Below, piece by piece: positions 1-13,024 of a stretch of 64,000 bases of DNA. Position 1 is the stretch's first letter. Every line of letters starts with the position of its first letter. Made by a program: the position numbers and the translations under genes. The stretch is taken from the NCBI RefSeq assembly GCF_009834535.1, contig NC_045717.1, forward strand, positions 17,608,001-17,672,000. Direction: 5' to 3'. A model generated the notes under the pieces. It did not search any database and was not told where the DNA came from. It saw nothing but the letters and a program-made list of their open reading frames with translations. This DNA is from Camelus ferus (Eukaryota).

Positions 1-2599
1 CTGCTCAGCCTTGGCTGAGAGATCACATCCTGTCCCTTTCTACTCCCAACCCCACCTCACCCTCACTGCCCACACCACTAGTGCATTCTACATTGGTAAC
101 CTCATTTACCATCTGCTGCTTCGACCAGTCTAATACTCCCTGAGAACAGTGACCTCTTCCATCTCTTTTATGGCTATGTCCCAGCACCCACAATGGAGCC
201 TGGTCTGTAGGAACTGCTGGGTAAATGTCTGTGCAGTGAACATGCCGGTGAGAGAAAGGCGGCCAGAATAATGCCCAGGTCTCCAACACAGACAGCTGCA
301 TGCATGGTGGTGTCACTCACTGAGACGGAGAAAGAGAGCAGGGCTGAGGGGTGGCAGAAGCACATCTGTGGATATGCTGAGTCTGCAGTGGCTGTGAGAC
401 CTCCAGGGAGGCTAGCGGACATCTAGGTAAGTGCTCTGAACTTGGAGCACTTTTTTTTGCTCTGGACAAATTTGAAAGTCATTGGCACAGTAACCTACAT
501 CAAAGCCTGCCCTGAGGAGAGTGACGGTATGGAAGGTGGGCCAGGCCCGAGCACGAGGAGCCAACATCCAAGGGGAAGGCAAAAGAGGAGGTGTGGCAGT
601 CAGTGAGTGAGAGAAACAGGGTGGGGGCAGAATCAAAAGGGCAGCAACCTTGAGGCCAAGGGAAGGCTGGCGAGGAGGAACGTGGTCATGGTGTCAGAAG
701 CTGCAGAGAAGCAAGAGAGATAAGGGCAGAGAAACATCCATGGAGGGTTTTCTATCAGCTGAATGTGGCCAAGCTGGTTTCCTTGGTGATGGGAGGCTCT
801 GGCTGGCAGACAGGCATGTGATCATGAATTTCTTCAAGTGCCATTACCTTATTTTTGATTAAATGCAGTCTGCGCAGAAGGCATACTTTCAAAACATGAC
901 TTGCATGGGGAGTGGAATGATAAATGGCATGAGGGTTACTAAGGATGGGAGGCAACCCCCCGGCTGCCTCGGGAGCTTCCCAAAAGGCAGGTCTGATCAT
1001 GCCCCTCCCAGGCTATCATCTCCTCGTGGTGGCTGTACCTTCTTGGGACCAAAGTTGCAAAGTTGTCCCCCTGGTTCTGCTCTCCTGTCCTCAACGCTCA
1101 TGGCCTTCCTGAGGCCACCCTCCAGGCTCCAGCATTACCCAGGACTTCCGGCCTGCCAGCCTCAATGGGCTGCCCCTCACCCCTTGGGCCTACTGTGACA
1201 CTTCCTTGTCCATCTGATTGCCACCTGGTCACCTTCCCAGCTCTGGCATCACCCTCCTCCAGGAAGCCTTTTGTAACCACTTCTCCTTCTGCCAGCCCAA
1301 ACTCATGTTGAGCAACTGCACTACCTGGGGCCTTGTGGCGAACTACATGGGAGCATCTGCTTGGATCTGTCAGCTTCCATGCACCTCCCTTGCCAATGCT
1401 CCAGGACCTTGGGGACTAACATGGACTGTGGACCATGGGCGGCCTGTCTCATGCGTCTGCTCAGCGAGTTCACACATTTGCCTGAGGTCATGCAGGGGAG
1501 CAGCAGAGAGGTTCTGAACTCAGCCCTAACTCCTTAGTCACAGTGCAATGGTCAGCACTGGACTTGGTGCAAGCTAGCTGCTCCCAAAATGTTGCTGAAG
1601 AAATGAGTGATCTGAATAGGCAGCCTGTGGGATCACAGTGGCCGGGGTGGAAACAATGCACCCTCCCAGACCCTGGTGTACCCTGTGTCTTTCCTTGCCT
1701 CTAAGGAGGTTGGGGAAGGGAGCTCAGCACTGGGCCTCACTAGCTGTTGACTTTGGGTGGCATCCAAGGCAGGCAACCCACTCAAGGGACTCTAGCAAAG
1801 TGCTAGAGGTGGGGCAACAAGGGACAGTCACTTCACCTCTGCACTCCCTACTGCCTCTGAGCTAACTCCTGCCCACTCCACTTGGGCCTGACACCCATGT
1901 TTTTTTCTCACTGATCCATGTGGGGCTTATTTAACATTGTTGGTCCTGTCCTATTCTTGTTACTCCGCAATGCAAAATGTCAGATACTCACAAGCCTTTT
2001 ACCCTAGACAAACTTGGGAGAAGGCAGCAGCCCACTTCTGAAAGGTTTTGAGATCCCTCCTTTGAGAAGCTTTCCCAGATACCTCTGGAAAAAGCACCTT
2101 GGTCCTAGTTATGTCCACACCTCCTTTATATGAGCCACATTTGTCACTCCCCTGGGAAGTCCTCCCTGACCCCCAGTAGAGGCTGACTCTCCCCATTATA
2201 TCCTCATTGCTTCACTACTGCAATTTACATTTATTTGTGCTTTTTGAGATAAGTACTCCTCTAACCCACCAGACGACAGGGTCCAGAAAGACAGGTCTGA
2301 TTCTGATTTTGTTCACCCAAGGCTTAGTACCCTGCCTGTCAGTAGGTGCTCCTCAAATATCAGCAGAATGAACAAAGGATTCTGGGTTCGACTTACACCT
2401 GCCACTTCTCTGTGACTGCTAAGACCTTGGGCAGGCTACATCACCTCCCTGTGCCTCAGTTCTCTCAGTAAAATGGCATTCCCACCACCCACCTCCCTTA
2501 ACCCTTGTAACTCAATGTCACAGTGAACGTTAAGAAATTCCTACAGGAACTGGCACAGAATAATCGCTGAATAAACAAGCTGCTGCGCTCCCAGAGGGC

Positions 2600-3338
2600 G
2601 GGACTGGCCCGAGGGCACGCTGTCCTCGCCATGCCTCACCACATCCAGTCAAAGGTCGCGCAGCACCTTGGCGCCAGGCCTGGCTTCCAAGCCAGCTGTG
2701 GCCCGCGCTCCCCGCGGTCTCGCGTTCCCCGGGGTCCCGGCGGAAGTTTGAGCCTCGGGCCCAGACAGGTGAGGATGGGGGTCGTGCAGCCGGTTACCTG
2801 ACAATAGCGGCAGCCCACCGCGTTACCTAGCAACAAGGCAGGGCTCGAGGACGGAAGACCCCTAGCAACAGGGTGGAGCCCTCAGGTGTGAGACCAAACG
2901 GCTTCCTTGCCTAAGACCAGGGTGGCTCCCCTTGGCAGGTTACCTAGCAACAGGGTGGGTCCCCACGGGGCGAGGCCCCCGCCGGTTGCCTAGCAACGCG
3001 GAAGGTGGAGAGCCCTTGGTACCTTGCCCTTCAGGTCCAGTACGTAGACGGCACTGGCGGACATGGCGGCTGCGGAAAGCCTCCGCAGTGGCCGAGAGCG
3101 GCGGCGACAGCGGGAACTGCCAGGCGTTGAGCGAGGCCGGGCGCGCCCCGCGACAGTTCGCCTCCACTTCCGGTCCGGGGAGCCGCGCGCGGACCGTTAT
3201 GTCCGGCGGGGGAGGAGCTGGCAAGAATGCGCAGGCGCACGGCGCAGTTTGCGCAGGCGTAATAAGCCCGATGACCCTTGTTTCCTGGTCCTTCCTCAAG
3301 CATCCCGGAAGTAAGCCCAGAGGGGCGGGGCTAATATG
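2600..3338 (-). promoter_or_regulatory. AP1M1 CpG-island promoter / first intron
   Basis: CpG-dense; ETS motifs ACTTCCGG 3166-3173 and CCGGAAGT 3305-3312; NRF1-type TGCGCAGGCGCA 3228-3239; GC box 3322-3331; cut off by an N gap at 3339. Confidence 0.8.
3023..3064 (-). CDS. AP1M1: AP-1 complex subunit mu-1, first coding exon; rest of the gene lies off the left edge
   Basis: Minus strand reads gccgccATG (strong Kozak) then MSASAVYVLDLKGK (42 nt) followed by a GT donor at 3022-3021; matches the AP1M1 N-terminus as I recall it; lies in a CpG island; synteny with FAM32A. Confidence 0.93.
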
Positions 3339-3470
3339 NNNNNNNNNNNNNNNNNNNNNNNNNNNNNNNNNNNNNNNNNNNNNNNNNNNNNNNNNNNNNN
3401 NNNNNNNNNNNNNNNNNNNNNNNNNNNNNNNNNNNNNNNNNNNNNNNNNNNNNNNNNNNNNNNNNNNNNN
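3339..3470. other. assembly gap (132 N)
   Basis: Run of N. Confidence 0.99.
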
Positions 3471-4626
3471 AGCTCTCTAGCTGCCTGGCTGGGCCACTGA
3501 GGCCGTAACAGCTGGAAAACCCCACTTTGTGGGCCAAATTAGGTGAGAGATCCGGTGGTGGAACCCACCTAGCTCCCAGCCCTATGGAACTCAGTCTGGT
3601 CAGGAAATCTAGGAGACAAATATGCAATTACTAATTGTGACACCCTTTATATGGAAGGTAAGGTAGTGGTTACTTGGAAAGAGGCCAAACTCTCTGAATG
3701 GCAATCAAGCCTTATCAAATCACTTCCTGTCACCCGTCAGTGTCAACATTTGTCAGTGAACATGCGTGCCAGTTTATTGACTGAAATAATCTCCTGAAAA
3801 CCATGCCCCACTGAACCTAGGCAAAAAGCACGTGTTTTCTTTCTATAATTAGTGGCCACTGTGGGTATTGCATATTGTGACCCCTGATTAATTGAATTAT
3901 ATCTTGTTTGCTTTTATGAAATCGAGCTTTTGAGAAATGCCTGCATTATATCCCAATGAACCATCACAGCGCCCTGAGCCCAACTCTGCAGTTATCAGAA
4001 CCATTTACCCAGGCTGCCAGCCTCTCACTTTTATCTTCCCTACTGTCTCCATCTGAGGTGTTGAAAGATAGTTTTTGCAGTCTGTGGTTATATATTCTCT
4101 ACTTAGGGTAGAGATGTTAAGTGCAAGAAAATCCAAAGAAAACTGGAATCTCTAAAGATTATCAAATGAATCCAAGTGAGAGGCTTTTTGACACCAATTG
4201 TCTCTAAAGAAATCCTATCACACCTAGTCTCATAATATGCCCAATTCATTGCAATGTTATATAAAAACATGCCCTTTTTAAAAAATTACAAAACTATATC
4301 TTACTGAGAAAAATGCCAAAGAGTTTAAAGCATAAAGAAAGCTACCACGGAGAGGTAACCCCTCTTGTTCCGGAACATTTCCTTTCAGGCTTGCTCTGGG
4401 CATTTTAGATGTTTAATATAGTATCAAGGGGGCTGGGAAGACCAAAGTCTTTTGAGGAAACAAAGGCCAAGAATACTTTCACAGTAAGTACACATCAACT
4501 ACTTGTAACCTCCTTTTCTCCATTTGTGGGGGAATTTGAATCATACGTGAATTTCATCCTTGGCAGTTAATGTATAAGCCAGATCTGACCTCTACAACAT
4601 CTCAGACCAGACTTATTGTGGTAGAC

Positions 4627-4761
4627 CAGTGTTTCTCAAGCTTCGTTACACACTGGGGTCACCAGGGGAGCTCTGAAAAATCTCAATGACAAACCTGACT
4701 CCAGGCAGCATCAGTGGTGCTTACTGCTCGCCAGGAGTCCAACAGATTTGGAGAACTATTG
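4627..4761. mobile_element. MER5-like hAT-Charlie MITE remnant
   Basis: Imperfect terminal inverted repeats CAGTGTTTCTCAA ... TTGGAGAACTATTG; family assigned from recall. Confidence 0.5.
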
Positions 4762-5392
4762 TGGTACACTATAGCAGTGATGGCCCCCAATAAACCGCAT
4801 CTCCTGGTGTTTCTGCCCTTGTGTAGTTCTTCCCAGAGTGAGTTTGGCAATGACTTGTGTTGGCCAACGGAACAGGTTATGGGAAGACAGGTCCTAGAGG
4901 ACCTCCTGGCTCCTGGCAAGTCAACACAGCTCACAGTGAACTAAACTACACTACATGGAGCAGAAGTCTCCAGCTGAGCAGTAAACCCAAAGAATCTTGA
5001 AAAAAAAATACTGTTGCTTTAAGTCACTCAATTTTGAAGCGGCTTGTTAGAAAGAATTGGAATCTATCTTTCCTGGTACTGGCTGCAGGCTTTTCATAGC
5101 ACCAGAAGATCATGCTCACAGACCCCAACAACCAGCTCACAGATGGACAAGGCCTAAAGTGCCTTTCTACCAGTCGATGCGGGAATCCACCCAAAGAAGC
5201 CACTGCTAATGAGAGGTGTATCACCTCTTTTGGGTGGGTTGCAAACCACAGATGGAAACACACATCATCTAATTTCCTCCAAATTGAGGGTGAACAGTGG
5301 TTTTGCAGTATGTACATTCGTGTGTGATAATCCAAAAGGCAGCATTTCTTGTGGTAATCAAACAGCCTATAATTAAGACACTCAGACTTATA

Positions 5393-5417
5393 TTTAATAA
5401 CTGTTTTTTGTTTTATT
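5393..5417 (-). terminator. candidate FAM32A poly(A) signals
   Basis: AATAAA (plus TTTATT 5412-5417) and ATTAAA (plus TTTAAT 5393-5398), about 1.05 kb past the FAM32A stop. Confidence 0.45.
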
Positions 5418-6463
5418 CTGCTTTCACATGACAGTCCCAAACACTTGGTTTTTCTTTTCTTTGTTTTCTTTCAGCATCTGTCAACACCCTTTCTCCCAAC
5501 AGCAATATGCAATTTGATCCTCACCTGGCGGGTCCAGGTAGGCCCTCAAAGATCCTGGCTCTCCAGCACAGGACCCTGGGTCCTCCCTTTGACTGCCCCC
5601 ATGTCTGTGCTGGGGCTCTGCCTTGGTCTTCTCACCTGAGGGGTGTCTTTAGGTCAGCAACACCAAACATGTGATGTGCCAACAATCAATAAATATGTGG
5701 GGCTCTTCAGAGCCTAGGGTTGAGGGTGAGAAGGCAGGCTGAGTCTGGGTTCCACTGCAAAGAATGCTGTGCTTGACTGGCAATGTCTGCCAAGGCAACA
5801 CCTGCTAGACATGTCTGGAATGGGGATCCTGGGAGAAGAGGTCACATGCTGGCCACAGGCATACATTCCATCCTTGCCTTGGGTGGTTCTGCTTCTCCAG
5901 CTGCACTGTCTCACTGGCCCGGTGGCTGAGGAGGCAGTCTGAAAGCCACGAAACTGAAAGGGCCTTCCCCAGGCCCTGGATGGAAGTGCAAAAGCCCCAA
6001 GCTAGAGGGAGCTTGGAAGGGCAGCCCCTGCAGGGCCCTACAGGGGTCTACATGCTGCAGTCCATGTTGGCATCAGCTCCTTGTCCTCTGGAGTCAGGTT
6101 CATTCAGGCAAAGCTAGCTGGCTGGCTGTCACAAGAATTAGACACGACTCAGGAGTAAAACACTTTTCCATAGCAGGTACACAGAAATAGTCTTAATCTC
6201 TGGATAAACTTTCAAAAATTTCCAGTCCAAACTAAAGAGGTTTATCTTCTATGTGCTACCAAGAAATCAAAAGAGAGTTAAAGGACAGTCTTACTTTAAT
6301 CAAGTTCCAGAATGAGGGCAAACTTCTCTGAAAAGCACCGCTCGGCAGAAGATGCCAGGGTGTGTGTAAAAGAATGTTTCTGGAAAAAACCAAAGACACC
6401 AAACATAACCCCAACTTCGCCTTCTGCTTCCCCCGACGCCACTCCTTGTCCTGGGCAGGGAGG

Positions 6464-9400
6464 CTACTTCGTCCAGCTGACTTTGGGGATGTCATAGTGC
6501 TCTGTGAGTGTGTCCAGGTGTCTGTTGAAATCCTGGGAAAGCCGAGGAGAAAGCCCGCATCAGCACAGACCCAAGCAGGGCACTGGGCATATGTGGCGCT
6601 GCCCACTCCCACTTCTCCACACCCTGTCTCTCCTCAATGAACCCCTACTCTCAAAGCCACCCAACCAGGCCTTAAGAGATGCCAGGACCCTGGTCTTGCC
6701 CTTAAATGACTCCGGGAAAGGTGGGTGAACCCCCTCTCCACCAACACTCCAATGGCTTCTCTGCCCGGCTCCTCACCTCTGGGCCAAGCCTGGTCCCCAC
6801 ATGGCTCAGTCTCCCCCATCAGCACATGACTTACCTCGACTCTCTGCTTGTGGGTTTTGGATGCTTTCTTCAAGATCCTTTCCATTTGCTGAAGAGAGGA
6901 GAGAAATGGAGGTGAGTCATGTGCCTGATGCAGCCCAGGTCAGCAAAAGAGGGAAGCTGGGAGCCCTGGCCAGTCTGGCCTTCACACTCAGAATGGCTGG
7001 CGGTCTCGGGGTGTACACCTTGCACCTCCCTCACCTCCACGCGGGCTCATCCAAGAGGGATGCCCCTAACACATCCCACTGGGAACCCACGTCAGCTGCC
7101 TTTTGGTCTGAGCGGCAGGAAAGGCACTAGCACTGACTTAAGGAGCCTCTGCTGGGAGCTGCACATGTGCTTCCTGCATCCTCAGGCAACTGACTGCATT
7201 CTCAGTGGGTTGAAAAACAAAGACTCAGATGGGGTTCGAGAAAAGAAGAGAAATGAGGAAAGTAAGAGGCTTGACACATAGCAGGTGCTCCAGTGACAGT
7301 CCGCAGCGCCAAGAGCGCAACAAGGTCCAGATCACCTTGAGAAGCACGGTTCTGGAATATGCATCCTGTCCCACCGCAACCTGCCCCACCACGTGTCCAA
7401 CACCAGCGGTACCTGGTGAGTTAAAAGCACACAATGCAGAGACAGCCAGACATGGGGATGCACCTAGCTCTCCACTTACTCGTGGATGATTGTGGCCGAC
7501 TCTCTCGTTGGTACATCCCCACCCCACAGACTGAGCTGCCTGGCACTGGTGCCCTGGTGCAGTCCTCTGCCACACTGACTCTGGGCTCAGTTTACTTAAC
7601 AGAATGCAGTGCCAGTGCTGGGCTGAAGCCGTAAGACCCAGCAGCCTTTCCTTTGTGTTCTTGGAAGGCAACCACCATGCAGAAAGTCTGCTGATCTTGC
7701 TGGAAAGCAAGGACCTGGAGAATGAGGTGACACATGGGGAGAGAGGCCACAGAAGGAGCACTGAGGCACGAGACATGTGATGGTGAAGCCATCTCGGATG
7801 TTCCAGCCCCAGCTGTCACTGACTGCACTGGATTCCAAGGTAGGCCAGCAGAAGAACCACCCAGCTAAGCCCAGTCAGACCCACAAAAGGTACTGGTGAC
7901 TGGACCTGGCTGCTCCCCCTGTCCCTCCTCTTCTCCTACGCTGCCTTCTCATCCTCGCTGCATCCAGGCAGCCTTCGCCAGGCTGACACTCCCTCTGGAG
8001 TACCTGCCTTGTCCATCTTTGCCTCTTCCGGCTGCCGTGAGCCCACGTGAGGCCTGCGTCTCCTCACAAGAGGCCACACTGACTTGACCAGCTGTCACCA
8101 CTGCCAGGCATTTGGCGGGCCTCTGCCCTCCCTCTTCCCATTCCATGCACCGAGTTCACAGGTGCCTCGGGTGCTGTTGCCAACCCCATTTCACAGACGA
8201 GAGAAAAATGAGGACCAGAATGCACAGAGGAAGAGGGGGCTGGAGATACCAAGCCCTGTCCCTTCCACCAGGCTGGGGCCTTCCTTCCAGGAGCCATCCA
8301 GCCCATAAAGCTCACTGTGCTCAATCTAACACTTCCACGTGGGCATCTGGATTTCCAGCTGTACCTCGCTTTGCCCACACCTGCTCCCTTCTCTCTCTCA
8401 CCCATCTCATCTCTTTCTGTCTTCTGGGTCAAACAAAACCCACAGCAATACTTCTGGTCTTCAATGCCAACAACAAAAGTTTCACCTGGACCTTTGCACC
8501 CTCTAGCTACAGGCCCGTTTCTCCGTCCCCTTTGACAGCATATCTCCCAAGACTTATTTCTAATCCTTGTCTCCATGTCTGCCTTGCCCCACCCCCACTT
8601 AGAAGCACTCTAATCAACCTTTCTTCCTCCTCATTCCAACTGAGGGCTCCGAGTGCTCAGCCCACTAGACCTCTTGCCAGATTATAACAGTTGATCACGT
8701 CTTCCTTCTTGAAGAACTTTCTCCACTCGGGTCCTAAGGACACGCTCCCTCCTGGCATCCATCCCTTCCCGTGCTCCTTTGAAGTTTCCTTTCTGCTACC
8801 CTATAATTACCAGAGGCCAGATGCTACACTTTTTCTGTCACTACCCCTCCTCAAGGATCTCATCTGGTCCCAGAGCAATTCTCAAATGTTTGTCTGGGCG
8901 CAGACTTTTCCTCCAAACTGCAGATTCAGATAACGAACCATTCACGAGAATTCTCCACTTGGATTTCTAACGGATACCTCAAATTTAACTTCTCTCTAAA
9001 ACCAAGACCTTGATCCCCTGCTTTAGAAACCTGTTTTATGTGAAGTCCTTCCTATCTCAGTGAACAGCACCTTCATTCATCCAGCTTCTCCCACCAAATT
9101 CTCCCATCTTGGTCTTCCTTGATTCCTCTTTCTCAGTCCACAACCAATCCATCAGCTAATCTGGCCGTTCTTCCTTCAAAACCTATCCCAAACTTGACAC
9201 CTTCCATCACTTCTACTACTACTGCCCAACTCTGAGCGGCCATTATTAGTCACCTTGACAGTTGCATGAGCCTCTCCCCCACTCCACCCTGAGTGCAGCA
9301 GTAAAATCCCAGCTCTGCCTCTGACTATAACTTTAAGGAAGGGACTTAAGTGCATTTACTTGTTAAATTCTCTAAACCTATGAGGTAGGGACTTGAGTCC

Positions 9401-10847
9401 CACTTTACAGATGAGGAAATTGAGGTGTAGAAAGTTAGCCAACTTAGCCAGAGTTACACCACCACAGCAGCAGACACAGAATGGGACACAGGTCAGTTCT
9501 GTCAAAGCGGGTGGGTCTCTCTCTCTTTTTGCCCCTCGTACGACTCAATTAGGCCTGGGAGTAGTGAGTTAACTTTCACCGATACCAGTGGATCAATCAC
9601 CCAGGTCAGGGTTGGGGGGTGTCAGCCTCGGCACTACCGACATTTTAGGCCAGACCATTCTTTGCTGTGGGGGGCACTGTCAGACGTTGAACAGCATCCC
9701 TGGCCTTTACCCACTAGAAGCTAGTAGCACCGCCCTACCCCTGACGCCCAAACTGTAATAAACAAAAACGTCTGCAAACATTGTCAAATGTCTTCTTGGG
9801 GTTGGAGATGGGGCAAAAAACAGTCCCAAGTGAGAACCACTGACCCAAACTGATTATTCCCTCTCCCAAGCATAATGGGCAGAACTTATCTATCCTACAC
9901 TGACCTCTCCTATCCCTCACCACCCAAATTTATTAAGTGTTTAATATCAAGAGAAGTTATTTATCAGTGGCTTTTAAATACAATATACTTGAACCTGCTG
10001 AAGTCGTCATGGAAACACTTCCTGGTGACTTACAGCAGCGAGCATGCCCATTTAATATCAACAGCTAACATTAACTGAGCATTGATTTTATGTTAGACTG
10101 AGTGCCGTTTACCGGCATGACTTCATCCGAAGTTCTTATCCCTCTTAGGTGAAAACATTATCCTGACCCCTACATATGAGGAAACTGAGGCACGGACAGA
10201 TGAGTCACGGACCCAGTATCACTGGGCAAATGAGCGACAGCGCTCGAATCCAAACGGCGTCTCTGCCGCTCCGCTCTGCGGTCCACTCCAGCCAGAGGAG
10301 CTTCCTGTCCTCGGAGCTTCCCCGCCGTGGACTCCTCCTCTCTTACTCACGCAGCATCTTCTCCCCAGAATTAGGTCCTCTCTGACCGCTCCCCATCACC
10401 CGAGTGTCCGGGGGCAGGCCCCGGTTACGAGTTTCCGGGCCCTGTCTCAGCATCCACGCTGGGAGACCCGGGCCCGCGACACGGAGCATCCCTAGGCTCT
10501 CCACCCGCCTTACCCGCTTCTCCTGCATCTTTTCGAAGGCCGCCTGGGCCGGGGTCCGCTTGTCCAGACCGCGCCGCTTCTCCTCCTCGTTCTTTTTGCT
10601 CGTTCCCATCGCTTCCAGAAGTTTCGCCTTGTCTTTGTCCTTCTTTTTCTTCTTCCTGGGAAGGGAGACGGGGATAAGAAGCAGCAGTGGCGGGTCAGAG
10701 GGCAGCACCCCGGGGTCTCAGAAAGAGGCTTAAAGGGGCAGAATTCGGCGTCCCACGGGCTCTCAAGGCTTACCGCTTGGTCACGCCGAGCTCTGCGACG
10801 CCTTTCAGCTTCAGGGGCCCCTTTTGGACCTGCTCGTAGGCCTCCAT
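6464..10847 (-). CDS. FAM32A: Protein FAM32A, 112 aa, 4 exons
   Basis: Exons 10847-10774, 10655-10514, 6888-6835, 6532-6464 (74+142+54+69=339 nt), all GT-AG. Translation MEAYEQVQKGPLKLKGVAELGVTKRKKKKKDKDKAK...QMERILKKASKTHKQRVEDFNRHLDTLTEHYDIPKVSWTK*. Confidence 0.96.
8390..9275. mobile_element. ancient LINE2 (L2) fragment
   Basis: Pyrimidine-rich decayed sequence with L2-like segments (e.g. ctccacttggatttctaacggatacctcaaatttaac); boundaries approximate. Confidence 0.5.
9615..9842 (-). mobile_element. MER20 hAT DNA transposon
   Basis: Minus strand starts CAGTGGTTCTC and follows the recalled MER20 consensus (..ctagtgggtaaaggccagggatgctg..aaaatgtcggtagtgccgaggctga). Confidence 0.75.
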
Positions 10848-11090
10848 GGCGCCCGTCTCAAGTTCGGGAGGTAAATGCCACACTTCCTGTTTGATAACAC
10901 TATTTCCACCCGAAGGCCCGCCTCCATTCATTTTGATTGGTCGAGGTAGGCGGTGAGCGTGAGCCCTTAATCTCCAGACTCGGGCCACACTTTCGGGTTC
11001 CGGGGCGGGCTTGGAGAGTCACCTTCTCGTGCCACACTTCCGGTTTTGGTGCCCACTTCAGATTTCCCCCGCATTGGGCGCCTAGACCTG
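10848..11090 (-). promoter_or_regulatory. FAM32A CpG promoter
   Basis: ETS CACTTCCTGT 10881-10890 and ACTTCCGG 11036-11043; CCAAT (plus ATTGG 10936-10940); GC box about 11002-11010; directly upstream of the ATG. Confidence 0.7.
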
Positions 11091-11289
11091 GGAAGCCGAT
11101 GTGACAAAGACCCTGTTTGCTAAAACGCAATGTTTTCTTGAGTGTTTTGCGCTTATGTGGATGTTCTGTTATCTTTTTCTGACATATTTTAAGGGTTCAA
11201 TAGGTAACCTAATTTTGAAAACTTAAGTACTAGTTATTTTTTCAGCTTTCGGTAAATGACGGTATTATGTGAAATATATGTTGGTGGTA

Positions 11290-12390
11290 TTTAAAATAGT
11301 TTTAAAAATCGATTCTGTTGACGTACAATTTATAAACAGTAAGACGCACCCATTTAAACTGTACCCTTTCATAAGTATTGTCACATTTGTACACCTATGT
11401 AATCGCTTCCACAACCAAGATAAAGAACATTCCATCACCCCAAGGTTCCTTTGTTCTCTTTTCCAGCTAATTCCCCCATCCCTCTCCCCAGGCAACTCCA
11501 AATATGTTTTCTGTCACTGTAGAATATAATTGTCTTTTTTTTAAAGTTCAATATACGGGTAATCATAACGTGTTCTCTCTAGTTAGAATTCTTTCACTAG
11601 ACATAACGTGTTTGAGATTCTTCCTGTTGTTTGGTATAACAGTACTTCATGTTTACTGATTAGCGTTATTCCATTGTACATAAATGTATTCAGTTTGTTT
11701 ATCCACTCACCTGTGGATAGATACCCGAGTTGTTTCCAGTTTGTGGCTATAATGAACAGAGCTGCTGTGAACATCAGTGTAGGTCTCTGTATGGACATAG
11801 ATCTTGTTTCTCTTGGGCTCACTCCAGATGCCTTCATTCCTTGGGTAGAGTTGCAGCAAGGTTTGGTTTCCCTGAGAATAAAAATGTTGATTCTCTAGTC
11901 ACTTTGGCTTTGAGGCTGCAATAAGAGAAAATAGTTGCATAAGGTATACCCAAACCCCTGAGCTATCAGTGTCGTAACACTTGGGACTCCAATGAGTTGG
12001 TTTTTTGTTTTTTTTTTAAATTCCCTGAGATCACAAGTAATTTGTTGAATAAGCAGACCTATTGTCATAATCAAACATAGTTCTCTTTTTGTTTCTTTCT
12101 ATCCTTTTAAACTTTATATTTTGTAGTGTGACTCATCTTCCTCTGTGCTTTACATTTACCAAAATGTTTTGAAACTCTTTCCAAGACAGCACGTATACCT
12201 CCATCACACCTTCCTCAAAGTATGGATGGCTGAGAGAAGTCCTCCCTACCAATGACCATCTACCTCCCACAAATCTTACCTGAGTTTTGCAAGTGGCCTG
12301 AATCTCTAGCAGTGGAATTGCTGAGTCCAAAATTATGTGCACTTGTGCATTTAACTTTGGCCTGCTGTTGCCCACATTGTGCCAGGGACC
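11290..12390 (-). mobile_element. old L1M 3' fragments, antisense
   Basis: Typical reversed L1M phrases (gaacattccatcacccc, tgtttatccactcacctgtggatagatac, ataatgaacagagctgctgtgaacat); fragmented, boundaries approximate. Confidence 0.6.
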
Positions 12391-13024
12391 TTTTTTGGTG
12401 ACGGGGGTGGGGGAGGGGATTAGCGGGTGGAAGAGGGAGAAGAAGGGAGCGTCCCCCAAATCTGGAGGAGGCCTGACAAAGAGGGGCACGGTGCCTGCAT
12501 TTCCCCCTTTCTATCTGCAGGGGGCAGCAAACGACTGCCCAATTCTCCAGTCAGAGGCTCACCCTTTGGCATTCAGGAATTGATGAGATTGCCAAGTGAG
12601 CTCGGGCTTTCCCGTGCCAGCGGATGGGGGCGACCAGATGGCGCCGGCTTACTCATGCGGCCGTCCATGGCAGAGTCAAGTCTTCAGGGAGGGACAGGAC
12701 AGACTCAGGTGAGGGAATTCTGTTCTCCCTCAGTCAAACCAGTGGTTTTGGAGCTCCTTTTTTTTGGCACTTTGAAGGCTGTGTGCCCTGGAGCAAGTGG
12801 CCTGACCTCCCTGAGCTTCTCTTTCCTCTTCTATAAAATGGGGAGGAGGAGGATGATGATAACAGCTAATACTTTACATGGATGCAAATGGATCATCTCA
12901 TTAACTCTCACAGCCACCCTGTTACGTACACCACCCTGATTTTATAGGCAGGGAAACTGAGTCACAAACTGTATTTCAGCCTATACTGTTTCCCACTATG
13001 AGGCCATCCACTGTAAGATTCCTT

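Noticed and set aside
3644-3654. CArG-like CCTTTATATGG upstream of AP1M1
   Set aside because: Seven A/T bases between CC and GG rather than six; no supporting motifs.
7225-8687. ORFs of 170-191 aa and plus-strand donor-like sites in FAM32A intron 2 (possible antisense gene)
   Set aside because: No recognisable protein, partly L2-derived, and no coherent exon chain.
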